NCBI RefSeq assembly: GCF_009914755.1 | Contig: NC_060947.1 | Reading direction: 5' to 3' (one strand) | Length of the DNA: 64,000 nucleotides | Source of the DNA: the human T2T-CHM13v2.0 reference genome, Homo sapiens | Shown here: piece after piece, positions 41,935-57,888 of the stretch | Layout: each line of letters starts with the position of its first letter | Position numbering within the stretch: position 1 is the first letter of the stretch | Made by a program: the position numbers and the translations under genes | Notes under the pieces: generated by a model | Told to the model about the DNA's origin: nothing | Database searches by the model: none | Seen by the model: the letters and a program-made list of their open reading frames with translations, nothing else

Positions 41935-42105
41935 GCGCGTATATATGTATCATGTATATGTGCATATAATATGTATATATGTGTACAATGGTTGTTATAT
42001 ACACACCACATACTTGTATATGCATGTCTGCCTGCATATCTGCCATTTTATAATAGGTATGTATGTACATGTATATATGTATTACGTATATGTGTGTGTA
42101 TATAT
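41935..42105. repeat. Degenerate (TA/TG/CA)n low-complexity tract
   Basis: Alternating purine-pyrimidine tatatgtatcatgtatatgtgcat... Confidence 0.8.
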
Positions 42106-42915
42106 CCCTTCATTTCTTGACTGATATACACATTCTGATTTCTGTGAAAATCAAGTTGATTCATAAAAAGCATCCTTTTGTCCCAAATTCAAAACTCTCT
42201 CAAAGCTCATTCTCCTGCATTTGGAACATATCTAATAATTAAGTGCATCTGCCACTTAAATATCCCCTAAGAGGCTCTGAAAGGCTCGGCCGGATTTTCA
42301 GCTGCTCTATCCAACCTCAGGAGGTATACAGCAGGAAGGGCGCCTGAGGCAGCAGTCTCTGGGCCTGCCTCATGAGGCTAGAGCTATAATTTTATTTTCT
42401 CAGAGACCAAGGGAGGTTGTCTGAGCCATCAAAAAAAGATGCCAACACAGAAATACACACACACTCTGCCAATGAAAGAGTGCCATAAAGGCAGAGATGG
42501 ATAAAAGAGAAGCTCACAGTGGAAGCAGTTCTCTTCCTACACTGTCCCCAAGTTTTTGGAATGGATATCTAAACAGAAAGAAAAAACCAACACAGAATTG
42601 TCATTGCTCACGTCTCCAAAGTAGGAGACTTTGGAGTCACCAATGGGGATACACAATGCAATTCAGGCTCAGATATATCTACATAAATTGTTATTCCCTG
42701 CTTGTCTCAAATTTGAAGTGCGTTGGAAACCCCAGTCATCTGCAAAATAGTCACGTATAAAGACTCTCAGTGGTTAAGGGCAGCCACAAAGCCCAGCACC
42801 TTCCTCCTGAGGTAGAGCTGTTCCCAGGCACCCACGCCAAGCTATTGGATGGAAACTAATGCAGCATGTCTGCACTGTTTAAGTTTGTTTGAAAAGAACA
42901 TGTATTAGTTTATTA

Positions 42916-42916
<1 letters not shown>

Positions 42917-42961
<45 letters not shown>
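42917..42961. repeat. (TG)22 microsatellite
   Basis: Perfect dinucleotide run. Confidence 0.98.
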
Positions 42962-42963
<2 letters not shown>

Positions 42964-43186
42964 GGAGGCTCCATCTTAAAAAATAAGGCAGCAGGTTGGC
43001 TAAAATGGGACTTCTGTGACAGCAGAGGAGAGATACAAATAGATCGAAACTTTCAAGTCCACTGTTATAAATTCAAGTGAAAAGCCAGTAGGCACATCTG
43101 CCTTATAACTTCTGCTAGCTTAATATGCCCCATATCACACCAAAGTACAATTCATCACTGTGCCCATGAATTATCAACAAACATGA

Positions 43187-43482
43187 GGCCAGGTCCAGTG
43201 GCTCATGCCTGTAATCCCAGCACTTTAGGAGGCTGAGGCAGGCAGACAGCTTGAGCTCAGGAGTTCGAGATCAGCCTGGACAACATGGCAAAACCCCATC
43301 TCTACAAAAAACACAAAAATTAGCCAGATGTGGTGGTGCACAACTGTGGTTCCAGCTACTTGGGAGGCTGAGGTGGGGGAATCGCTTGAGCCCAGGAGGC
43401 CGAGGTTGCAATGAGCCATAATCACTGCTACTGCACTCCAGCCTGGGCAACAGGGTGAGATCCTGTCTCAAAAAGAAAAGAA
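43187..43482 (+). mobile_element. AluJ
   Basis: Full Alu with J diagnostics. Confidence 0.93.
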
Positions 43483-44821
43483 ACATTCCACTAAGGTTGT
43501 TTCACTCTTAACTTGGCAAAAACACATGTAAACTATTTTTTAAAACTCAAAATCTTAAATGATAGAAATCTAAAATATCTTTAGTGCCCTAGAGCAATAA
43601 CCTTCTGTTAGTTCTCCAAACAATTTATGTGATCAAGCCATTTGCTGAAATGCCAGTTAAATGAGGAGTGAGTCACTGGACGTGAGCAAATTATGAACAC
43701 AGGTTTTTACAGCAATCAAACTGTAGATATTTTTAAATCAAGTAAGCGCAGCCTGCCATTTTAAGTACAAAGTTACCATGGGAACAATAACATATACCTT
43801 GTCTCCTTGACCCTAAAGATAATGTCTGTAGGTAATAAATTTATAGACATAATTAAATGAAGCATCGTATCTGAGACTAAAATATGTGAGACTAGAATAT
43901 GTCCACATTCAAACAATGACTTAATCCATTTTCAGGCTCCTGTGATGCTGTTACCAGGCTTCTGAAGAAGGAAGTACCAAGTAATGACAGTGTCTTATTA
44001 TGGCATTATAGTTACTCATATCATTTATGGTTTATTCTGTGACACAACTCATGGTTTTAATCAGTTTCGTTGCCATTCACTTCCATTTTCCTAATTGCAT
44101 TAAACTATCAGTGGTAATTTGCTACATTCAGAAAATGCCCTTTCAAAAAGGCCAGATTCTTCCCAACTGAATACGTTTCAGCAGGATGTTCACTTGCAAA
44201 AGTAGCGACATTTAGATATAACTAAAATCTGAAAATTGTTAATACAGTCATTAAGATAGCCAGCTACTATGTAAAAGAAAAGAGAAATGCATGTTACATA
44301 TTCATATGTGGTAGAAATGTAGACCAGTATTAGGACTATCCTGTCACCAGAAGAAAGTGCGTTTTTGAACACAATAAAAATTGCTATTGTTTTGCTTATA
44401 ACCCTTATAATTTTTCCGCCCACCAGACTGTGGGCTCTTCCTCAAGGACAAGGACTGTCTTATTCATCACTGTAGCCCCTGCACTTGCAATTGCACTTGG
44501 GCAATGAACGTGCACAACGACAGTTGGGAAGCTGGCTAGGAAAGCAAGCTATGCCTCAAATAATGCCTTTGATGGTATCAACAAAAGCAGCAACATCACA
44601 GCAAATAACTACCTTGGTCATTAAGAGCTTGGGCTTCAGCTGTGGCAGTCTTATTTTTCCAGAGGCATCACTGTAGCTGACTATGACAATCACAAAAGAG
44701 TAGATCTTTTCTGTAGCATGTATAGAGACATTTCCTCATGGGAATGAAAGCACAGAAAACTCCCAATTACCTGGGAAAGATGATATATAGTTGGGCAAAT
44801 TTTCCTTTCTTTCTCACTTAT

Positions 44822-45231
44822 TGTATTAGCCCATTCTCACACTGCTGTAAAGAAAACACCCGAGATTGGGTAATTTATTTTAAAAAGTTTAACTGGCTCA
44901 TGGTTCTGCAGGCTGTACAGAAAGCATGATGCTGGCATCTGCTTGGCTTCTGGGGAGGCCTCGGGAAACTTACAATCACGGCAGAAGACAAAGGGGAAGC
45001 AGGCACCTAACATGGCCAGAGCAAGACCAAGAGAGAGAGCAGGGAGGTGCCAAACACTTTTAAAAGATCAGAGCTCATGAGAACTATCAGGAGGACAGTA
45101 CCAAGGCAGATGGTGCTAAACCATTCATGACAAATCCACTCCCACAATCCTTCCACCAGGCAGCATTGCCAATGCTGGGGATTACATTTCCATATGAGAT
45201 TTGGGCGGGGATACACATCCAAACTGTATGA
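44822..45231 (-). mobile_element. MSTA-type MaLR solo LTR
   Basis: tgtattag...ggctcatggttctgcaggctgtacag, ggggaggcctc, atgagatttggg...atccaaact; 5-bp TSD ctta(t/c). Confidence 0.9.
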
Positions 45232-46065
45232 CTTACCCTCTTAACTCCCTTCATTTCCTTATTTGGAGAAATCTCTTCAACTTTAGGGAAGGGTCAATTG
45301 CGGCCAAAGTTTTCATCAGAGAGTTCAAATATCGTTATACCAGCACAACAGACATCACAAAGCGGGATTAGGCAAACAGTCTGGAGGTGGGATGGAAGGT
45401 AAGAAGAAGAGAGTTTCCTGACTGGCCAATATGTAGCTCTATGACTTCTGTTTAATATTTTCAAGAACACACACCTGCTTTCAAATACAAAGATAATACT
45501 ATAATAAACAGGGTTCTGATTTCTTGCTGTTTCATATTAGGATGAACTCAATTCTGGGAAACCAAGGTATGCATTTCTACATTCTTAATTTCATCCTCAA
45601 AGACCAACATCTTTATTTTAAATAATGTTCATGAATGTTTAACAGTTTTACATAAACAATGAAAAAATAAGACTTTCAAACAACCTGTAGTATGTGAGAT
45701 TATATTGAATTTTTCTCACAAAGATGTTAAAGATGCACCAACTGAAAATTTATAGTAAGATAGAGATCCAAATATATTTAGGAATAAGTAAACTGTATAA
45801 ACATAAGCACCTGACATTGAATAATTATCTGAAAATGACATTTTTACTGACTTCAACTAAATATATGGGTGAAAACTTTCCTGCAAATATCTATTACAAT
45901 CAATTTTATACACCTATATTTAGTTACTGAGAAGCATTTATGAAATATAAATTAAATGACAGACTGAACATAACCGAGAATTTCTCCCATGTCATCCTTA
46001 ACAATTACCCAAACAGGAATACCATACGCCTGCAGAAAAGAGAACACACAGAAATCAATACTTAC

Positions 46066-46214
46066 AGAGGAGAGAAACTGGGGGATGAGTCTTTGCTTCT
46101 CCAAAGGAGCTGTTGAAGGACAGCATCCTCTGGCTCTTAAGTATTTTGGAGAGAAACCCCAGGTCTAAAGCCAGAGTCCTTTGAAGACTGGTCAGAATGA
46201 GACTATAGCTACAT
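46066..46214 (-). other. Candidate 149-nt non-coding exon on the minus strand
   Basis: Minus strand: ctcttttttcttctgaaactttgcag|ATGTAGC...CTCTCCTCT|gtaagt. Confidence 0.4.
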
Positions 46215-46239
46215 CTGCAAAGTTTCAGAAGAAAAAAGA

Positions 46240-46577
46240 GGCCAGGCGCAGGTGCTCAAGCCTGTAATCCCAGCACTTTGGGAGGCCTAGGCAGGTGGAC
46301 CACTTGAGTTCAGGAGTCCGAGACCAGCCCGGCCAACATGGTGAAACCCCATCTCTACTAAAAATACAAAACTAGCCAGGCGTGGTGGCACGCACCTATA
46401 ATCCCAGCTAGCTACTCGGGAGGCTGAGGCAGGAGAATCACTTGAACTCAGGAGGCGGAGGTTGCAGTGAGCCAAGACTGGGCCACTGCACTCCAGCCTG
46501 GGCAACAGAGTAAGACTCTGTCTCAAAAAAAAAAAAAAAAAAAAAAAAGAAAGAAAGAAAAAAAAAGAAAGAAAAAT
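46240..46577 (+). mobile_element. AluS
   Basis: Full Alu with a long A/GAAA tail. Confidence 0.95.
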
Positions 46578-46866
46578 AGGCAATTTTATTTGTCCTACTT
46601 CAGTATCAGGCTGGAAATGGCCCTGGTAGGGGTGGTGGGGTTGTATTTAGATCACTACCTTCTTCTATTAGAACCACAGGAAAATGCTATATTTGTATAC
46701 CACAAAGGGTCAAATATTGTCTATTTCATAATCTGAACCTAACATCTTCACCAAGGATTGGGAAAGCCAGGGAAACACGATACGTAAACCAGCCATTGTA
46801 CTATTCATTAGCAGCTCTTAGAAGAAAATAAAAAGATTAAACCTATTGCTTGAAATTAATGGGTAA

Positions 46867-47203
<337 letters not shown>

Positions 47204-47633
47204 TTATGCTGTCTTCTTTTGTTACATGAATATTTGAGAGTTTGCTAGAAAGAAGCTTAAATAGAAACTTCCAAGTACTATTTTCCAAAGCTAATTACAA
47301 TTCAGTTTTATATCATATATGCTATCATCATTTATGTTTCATTATCATAAAGAATGCCTTGTAAGAGTTTAATGAATATCAACTGACTTACACAAGTAGG
47401 CCCACATCAGCAATAGTAATGAATGAAAACCAGTACTACGTCTGTCTGCATCAGGAAAAGATTTGTCCTGAAAGATGCCCTTCAGAAAGTACCTCCTGAA
47501 CTGGGCAACTCCTATCTATACCTGGGTCTCTTTATTTGCTGTCTAGAATTTTTTGCCCTATTCCAGCCCAAATCCCAAACCTTCCTACAGGTTATATGTT
47601 TTAAAGGTTTGCAATGATGGTCTTACACTACTT

Positions 47634-48402
<769 letters not shown>

Positions 48403-48422
48403 CTTCAAAACTCAGTCTGCCT

Positions 48423-48647
48423 TAGTGTTTCTTAACCTCAGCACTCTTGACATTTGGGGCCTGATAACTCTTTGTTGAGGAGAGGCTGTCCTGTGCACTA
48501 TAGGACGGTTAGCAGCAACCCTGGCCTCCACCCACTAGATGCCAGGAGCACCTCCCCATCCCCCGAATCTGTAACAACCAACAAGGTCTCCAGACATTGC
48601 CAACTGTCCCTTGAGGGGCACAGAATCTACCCTAGTTGAGAACCATG
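48423..48647 (+). mobile_element. MER20
   Basis: gacatttggggcc, ggctgtcctgtgcac, cccactagatgccag, tctccagacattgccaa. Confidence 0.92.
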
Positions 48648-49133
48648 AGTCTAACTGACAAACTCTTCTTGAGACAAAAAGAACCTCGCCTTTGCTTCTT
48701 AAGGAATCTGAAGTCTCAATTTCTCCCCAGTCCTTGACTTTCCAAACATTACCTGTAGGTACACGAGGGAGAGACTGCCAGGCGGAAAGCCCAACGCCTT
48801 CAAGCCTCCAACCAGGTCGACCTTTTGAATCAACAGCCCACTCTACGTCACAGCTACTTCACATATGAGTTTTTCTTTTTAATGCTATGTCACTTGTCAT
48901 GTTGGGCTGAGGAAACTGCAATTGAATCACAGAGTAGAAATACCACCACTTTTACTCAAATCCCTAAATGCTAAAATAAGATAAAAAATAAACTTCACTT
49001 TCACATCCAAATTTAGACTTCAATTTTAAATTCTAGAGTTTCTACATTGAGAGACCACCCCCAAGACAGAAACATATGACAAAAGAAGTTAATTTTAAAA
49101 AGGGATTTTTATGCCTGAGGCCTTTCAGGATTA

Positions 49134-49451
<318 letters not shown>

Positions 49452-50550
49452 CCTAAGCATACCTAAGTGTGCTGGCTAGTGGGGGATACTGCTGCCCAGG
49501 GACAGCAGGTGACATGTAGAAAATGTCTGGCAGTCCAGTTTGGTTGTAGCCATCATCAGCAGACAGGGAATGGCAGCACCCTGTGAAAAATCACATTTCC
49601 AAAGAGATGTTTTAGGAGAATCTACATTTGTGATTTTTGTTGCCCTTAAATAAACAAAAGTTTGAGGCCTTGTAGAGGAATAAGAATATTTCTGTGAAGT
49701 GATGGCTAACAGCCACACATATAATCTCATTTGACAGCTGAACAAACTGCTTTCCGGAATAAATCAAGCTCTTGCTACAGCCCAAGTGCTGGCCCCTTCT
49801 TCGCAGGGTGAGCAGCTATGTAAAATCTGCCAGGAGAAGTTTTCCATTAAATGTCTTAGGGAAACTAGGTAATCTTGAATTGACCAAGGAAATTTCATTA
49901 TCATGAATAACATCTCCAAACATGGAAGTAATGTTTGAACAGAAGAGCTCCAATTAAATCTTTCCTGGGTTACTTTAGCTGTATCGCTCTAAGATAATAA
50001 AAACTGGCCTTTTTTCTTTCTTTCAACCAAGAATTTGCATCTTGAATGTAAACTTGGTCTTTGTAATGGTGCACATCAAGTCATATTTTTCTTATAGAAG
50101 AAATCTGCATTTTAACATATTAAGGATTTTTATTTTCTTTTTTATTTTCTTATGTTATGATATGGTGAAGGTTGGTTTAAGTAAAAATATCTCATTTCAC
50201 TTTAGTTCACCCTCCAAGGCTCCTCCCGGGCATTTTACCTCCACTGAGTGGCACTGTGGGTCTTCCACCTGTTTTATCCGTAACGTTTTCCACATGGGAT
50301 CATGACAGGTGTTACCTTGTTGACTATCCTCAATGAAGGCAGAGTGCCTTGAGGGCAGAAACTGTTACACGTCATCACTAGCCAACACAGAGTACAATTG
50401 CTACACAGCAGACTCATCTGCATATAACCTTAATTCACCTGCATGGGACCAAATCACTTACCGGGTGTGAAAATCATGACTTAACCATCCTTCTATTACA
50501 AGCTTAGCACTCAGTCTAATAAGTATTTGGTGAATGGATAAAATCGATCC

Positions 50551-50859
50551 TTTATTTTTTATTTTTATTCTTTTTTGAGACAAGGTCTCACTCTGTCGCC
50601 CAGGCTGGAGTGCAGTGGCGCAATCATGGCTCACTGCAGCCTTGATCTACTAGGCTCAAGCAATCCTCTCACCTCAGCCTCCTGAGTAACTGGGACTAAA
50701 GGTGCGTATCACCGGCCAGGCTAATTTTTAAAATTTAGTTTAATAGAAACAGGGCCTCATCATGTTTCCTAGGCTGGTCTCAAACTGCTAGGCTCAAGCG
50801 ACCCTCCCACCTCGGCCTCTCGAAGTGCTGGGATCAGGAATGAGCCTCCATGCCCGGCC
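50551..50859 (-). mobile_element. AluJ
   Basis: Reverse Alu with J diagnostics. Confidence 0.93.
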
Positions 50860-51594
50860 ACAACCACCTTCAACGGAAGGATATTCCAATATCTAACTCA
50901 AACTCTATTTCCTCTTTTCTTGTATTCTGCATAAATATCTAAAAACAGGATCCCATCTTCAGGACTCCTGTGGACTTTGATGAGGTCCCTTCTTAGCTAA
51001 ATTGTGAACTCTATCACTGTTTGGAAGTTTTAACATTCAACATGTGACTCCCAGGACTCATGGGCTCCCTGCTCTCGGAGAAAATATCAGGCAAGCAAAA
51101 TTAATTGTGGTATGTTACCCACTAGCTTTGTCTTCCATTGGCAAACAGATTTTATTCTTGAATTAGTAGAAGAACTGATTTGACTTCTCATTCTGCATCA
51201 ATATGACAATGAAATCAATATCTTTCATGAAAATACTACTAGTTGGAAAATATAGCACAAGCAAGCAGCTAAAACTCAGCTTAGAAACTGAGTTTTCCCT
51301 CAGTGATGATGGATTCTGTTCTCTTCCAGGAAGAGATGAAATTCTATTCAAAGGATGTAGCCCATGATGCATCCCATACGTTTGCTACTCAGCAGGTTCT
51401 GGGACATAGTCACAGAGTTACCATATACAGCTCTTATGACCAGGCTGGTATGTGATAACTCAGAATCAGCTTCCCTTCACAGTTTCTATGCTAATCTGAA
51501 CAAGTTTGTCCATCCAGCTGGACTTTCAGAAGTCACAGGTCTATGGAAGGGAACCATGGCATTGCATGGAATTAGATTTAACCCTAATTGCTTT

Positions 51595-51855
51595 ACTTTT
51601 TTATTTTTTAGAAACAGAGTGTCATTCTGTCACCCAGGCTGGAGTGCAATTCATAGTTCACTGTAACCTCAAAATCCTCAGCTCAAGCAATCCTCCCACC
51701 TCTGTTTCCCAAGTAGCTGGAACTACAGGCAGGCACCACCATGTCTGGCTTTTTTTTTTTTTTTTTTTTTGGTAGAGATGGGGTCTCGCTATGTTGCTCA
51801 AACTCCTGGCCCCAAGTGATCCTCCTGCCTTGGCCTCCCAAAGCACTGGGATTAC
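51595..51855 (-). mobile_element. AluJ (truncated)
   Basis: Reverse Alu with deletions. Confidence 0.9.
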
Positions 51856-52035
51856 CTTACATTTTACCTTTAAAAAATGCCACAAAAACTATGAGGGACC
51901 TTGAAATAAAATTTTTAAAGGTATGCAAAAACATCTTGGGGTACAAAGGAAAATCTAAATGTATGAAGAGATATACCATATACACAAATGAAAGACTTAA
52001 TATAGTAAATACATTGACTATCATGAAATTATTCT

Positions 52036-52329
<294 letters not shown>

Positions 52330-52360
52330 TTATTCTATAAGTTCACTGCAACCCCACTCA

Positions 52361-52714
<354 letters not shown>

Positions 52715-54344
52715 TCACTTTTAAATAAGAGCAAAAGGGGAAAATTTCTCCTAAGAAATAGCCAGGCTTACTCTAAATCTATAGTAATGAAGACAGTGTA
52801 ATAGTAGCACAGAGATGCCAAAACAGATCAAGGAATAGAATGAAGTCCATAGATGTACTCACACATATAGTAAGGAAGTACAGATATAGATATTATCGGG
52901 AGGAAAGAGTGAATTATTAAGTGCATGGTATTTCTGTATAGGAAATAAACAAATTTAAAAATAGCTTTCTATCTAAAACTATACCAAAAAATAGAATCCC
53001 AATGGAATAAAGGCTGAAAAGTGAAAAGCGTGATTTTAGAAAAACTTTCTTTTAGAAAATACTGAGGATTAGAAGAACATTTTCATGACTTTGGGGATAG
53101 AAACAATTTTAAAACAAGGCAAAGATAAAAAGCACAAGTCATAAAAAATTAAAGGAAAAGATTGATAATTAGGACTTTATTACAATAAAAAAGATTTAGT
53201 ACAACAAAAGATGTATTCAACCAAGTTAAAAGATAAGCCATAGAGAGGAAGATGATATTGAAAACACATTTTAACTAAGGATTAGTATACAGAAGGCATA
53301 AAGAACTACTACAAATCAAGACAAATACAAATAAGGATCTAAATGGAAGAGAAAACCCAAATGACCAATAACCTACACAAAACTTTCAACCTCTCTAGAG
53401 AAATTCAACATAAAAAAAAAAAACAATGAAATACCACTTCACACCTATCAGATATTTGAAAAAATAAACAATGTGACAATAGCAAATGCTGGTAAAGATA
53501 CAAAGAAGCTGGAATGTTCATTCACTCCTGGTGAGAGTATAAATTGATACCACCACTTGAGAAGCAGTGGTAACACCATACGATTTAAAGCTAGTTCAGT
53601 GTGGTGACAAAGCATTCATTTTGCTGACTGCATCATTTACTCTGGTTAAGAAGATGACAAAGTTCCTCACTGAAGGAACATAGGCAAAGTATTATTGTCT
53701 AAGTCCAAACAAACGAGAAGAAAAGTCAACTGGCAAACCACAATTTCCTATGTAGTTCCATTTTCAGGATGAGAACCAAAAATCATCCCAGGCCTTTGGG
53801 CCTTTGTCCACACCTCTACTCCATTTGGAATATCCACTAGCCAAAGATTCACTAACTACTGCTAATTCAAACAATTCCTAAAATTTCACCTTCTACAGGA
53901 AACTAATTGGGAGGAGGCAGGCGTCAACATCTATTACATCCTTAAGTCCTGAAGTTAGCAAGCATTCACGTTGATCAAATCCTGAATAGGTATGCAACAC
54001 TTACAGCTTTGTCTTCATTCACAACTCCTCAAAATGTACTTTCCATTTCTGAAGGGGATAATGGGGACACTTTATTTTTGTAATCTCTCCAGCTGTATAC
54101 ATGTTTTCATGTATCTATCTCATCTTTCATCAAGGATTTTCAAAGTCCTTCTCACAGCTGCTGTGTCAATGCTTTCCACTTAAAATAGAGGGTAGGAACC
54201 AATGATATGTGTACTTCCTAGTACGGTTCTACACACGAAAGCATTTAATAAATGCTTTTAACCATAATGATTTAGAAGCAGATCTCTTTTCCAGACAGAA
54301 AACATCCTCCTGTTTCAAAATAATGTTATCAAATGTTGGGCAAG

Positions 54345-54600
54345 CCACACCAGTCACAAGAGCTCATACTGTATTATTCCATTTATATAAAGTGCAAAGC
54401 TCTGCTGACAGAAATTAGGGGTGATTAGCCTTGATCAGGTATATCTGTAAGGCAGCCTGAGGCGGCTTCTAAGGGGCTGGTAATATTCTGCTTATTAATC
54501 TATAACTGCTGGTTACATTTATAAAAACTTATTAAGCTGTATACTTATGATTTGCCCACTTTTCGTGTACACATATTATACTTCAATAACAATTTTTAAT
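54345..54600 (+). mobile_element. L1ME-type 3' fragment
   Basis: catactgtattattccatttatataaag, ggggctggtaatattctg, tattatacttcaataa. Confidence 0.65.
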
Positions 54601-55862
54601 GAGTTTACGATATTTGTGCCTCTTACAAAACATCTAAAAATATTTGTGACATCATATAATAGAGCTCAAAACAGTTTTTAGTAAACCGGTACAGTGGCTT
54701 TGCAAAATGGTAAGAATTCATAGGATGGAAATTCATCCCTTTAAGGTCCCAAATTCTTTTTAATTACCATGGAAACTGTCAGAATATGCCAAATGAGAAA
54801 ACAAAAAGGAAAATATAAAGTACTGCATCAAATCACATTATCTTAAGAGCTTGACTTACATTGCTAATTACATTTCCATTCTTTGCCCATTGTGTGAAGG
54901 AACAGATGCCTGAATTTAAGCACCCATCTTAAAATCCACCATTTAAACATTCTTTTCAGGAAGACATTGTGAAACATTTCTAAATCTAAAACAGTGACCC
55001 AATGCACATACAATATAGCAGGTTTTCTAGGCTCCTTCTGACCCTCGCTTCCAATGTTCTTGTTCTTTTTGCGCTGGAACTATCTTGCAAGTATGGTCAG
55101 ATGTCTCAGAAAACATTGACTTATAGTCTCCATTTGCAGGGAGGAGTCTAGGTTGTGGGGGCTGGGATGTAGGAATGGCAGAGATCAATGGCTATAGAAA
55201 ACGGATCTCTAAACAAGGGGGAAATCAGTCCTTTCTCTTCCAACTCCTGCATCTCTCAAACACATGAACAAACGTAATGAAGACATGACTAAGGACGGAA
55301 CGTGCAGGAAGGTTGCCTTAAGGGCTTAATCTGGTTAGATTTGATTACAGCTAAGAAGATGAATTCTAAATTTGGAAAGGCCATCAAGGTAACTAAGGAT
55401 GTGACTAGATCCTTCATGTCTTTCCACTTAATGAGAACAAAAGATGATGAAAACTATTTTAGTAAGCAAAAGGATCTTCACAGATTCAGTCCTTTCAGAG
55501 ATAAGGTGCACTAATCATTAGAAGTTACCAAGGAAAGCCAGGCACACTATTTCCCCAGGAGGTTGGCCTCATTATCGAGATGGTTTAGGCACCATTTTAC
55601 TCCAAGGAAGAATGACTTAGGTGGTCTGCAAAGCTCCCCATTATATCTCCAGATTCTCTGATGATGTAAGAAAAAGATTAAAAAAAAAAAAAACTTGCTT
55701 CAACTAAAAAAAACCAAGCATTCCTTTTGGAAGGAAAAACCTTTTAGACAAGAAATCCTCCCATTCTGCAGATGTGCTCAACCAAGTTCTCAACAATGCT
55801 ACTACTCAGATTTTATGATATTGTGAGAAACAAAAGGTTTTCAATCCCTCTTACCCTTTAAG

Positions 55863-56086
55863 TAGTGGTAATCAATATGGTGCTCCCCTCCTCCCTCCCT
55901 GGGTTATCTGGCAATGTCTGGAGACATTTTTGGTTGTTACAACTAGAGGACTGTTACAACATGTAGTATGTAGAGAACACAGATGCTGCAAAACACTCTA
56001 TAATGCGCAGGACAGCCCTCATACTCCCCCAACAAAGAATCACCCAGCCCAAAATGTCAATAGTGCTGAGGTTGAGAAACCCTGCT
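55863..56086 (-). mobile_element. MER20
   Basis: ggcaatgtctggagacatttttggttg, caggacagccc, aaaatgtcaatagtgctgaggttgagaaaccctg. Confidence 0.92.
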
Positions 56087-56519
56087 CTAAAACTATACTT
56101 AGAAAGGAAGAAAAAAGGACTTCTTTTATTTTAGTATCTATCTCCAGTTGGTCCAAAGAAGAAAATAGAATTTAACAGTCCTACAAAAACTAAACAAATA
56201 AATACCCAAGCAAATACTAAGCTCAACTCAAGATCTACTCTAACTCAAGATTGTTTATAATAGACCTTGTTATACCAAGTTCAAATATACTGAATTATAT
56301 ACAGCCATTAAGAGTAAAATTCCAAAGATCAGGTTTAAATACTTTTTCTTTTGGCAGATTTTATTTTTTTCTAACCAAGTAAGCAATTCTTACTTTTAGA
56401 TACTTAAATTCTATTTTTGATTACTAGAAAATGTACTCCTTTTTCATTAAGTGGTCAACTTACCTATCAGATATAATTATTACATGTAAGTATCAAGCTA
56501 TTAAAATAAATTTTAGAAA

Positions 56520-57888
<1,369 letters not shown>

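Noticed and set aside
46030-46065. 36-nt GT-AG mini-intron
   Set aside because: Below the practical minimum length for human spliceosomal introns
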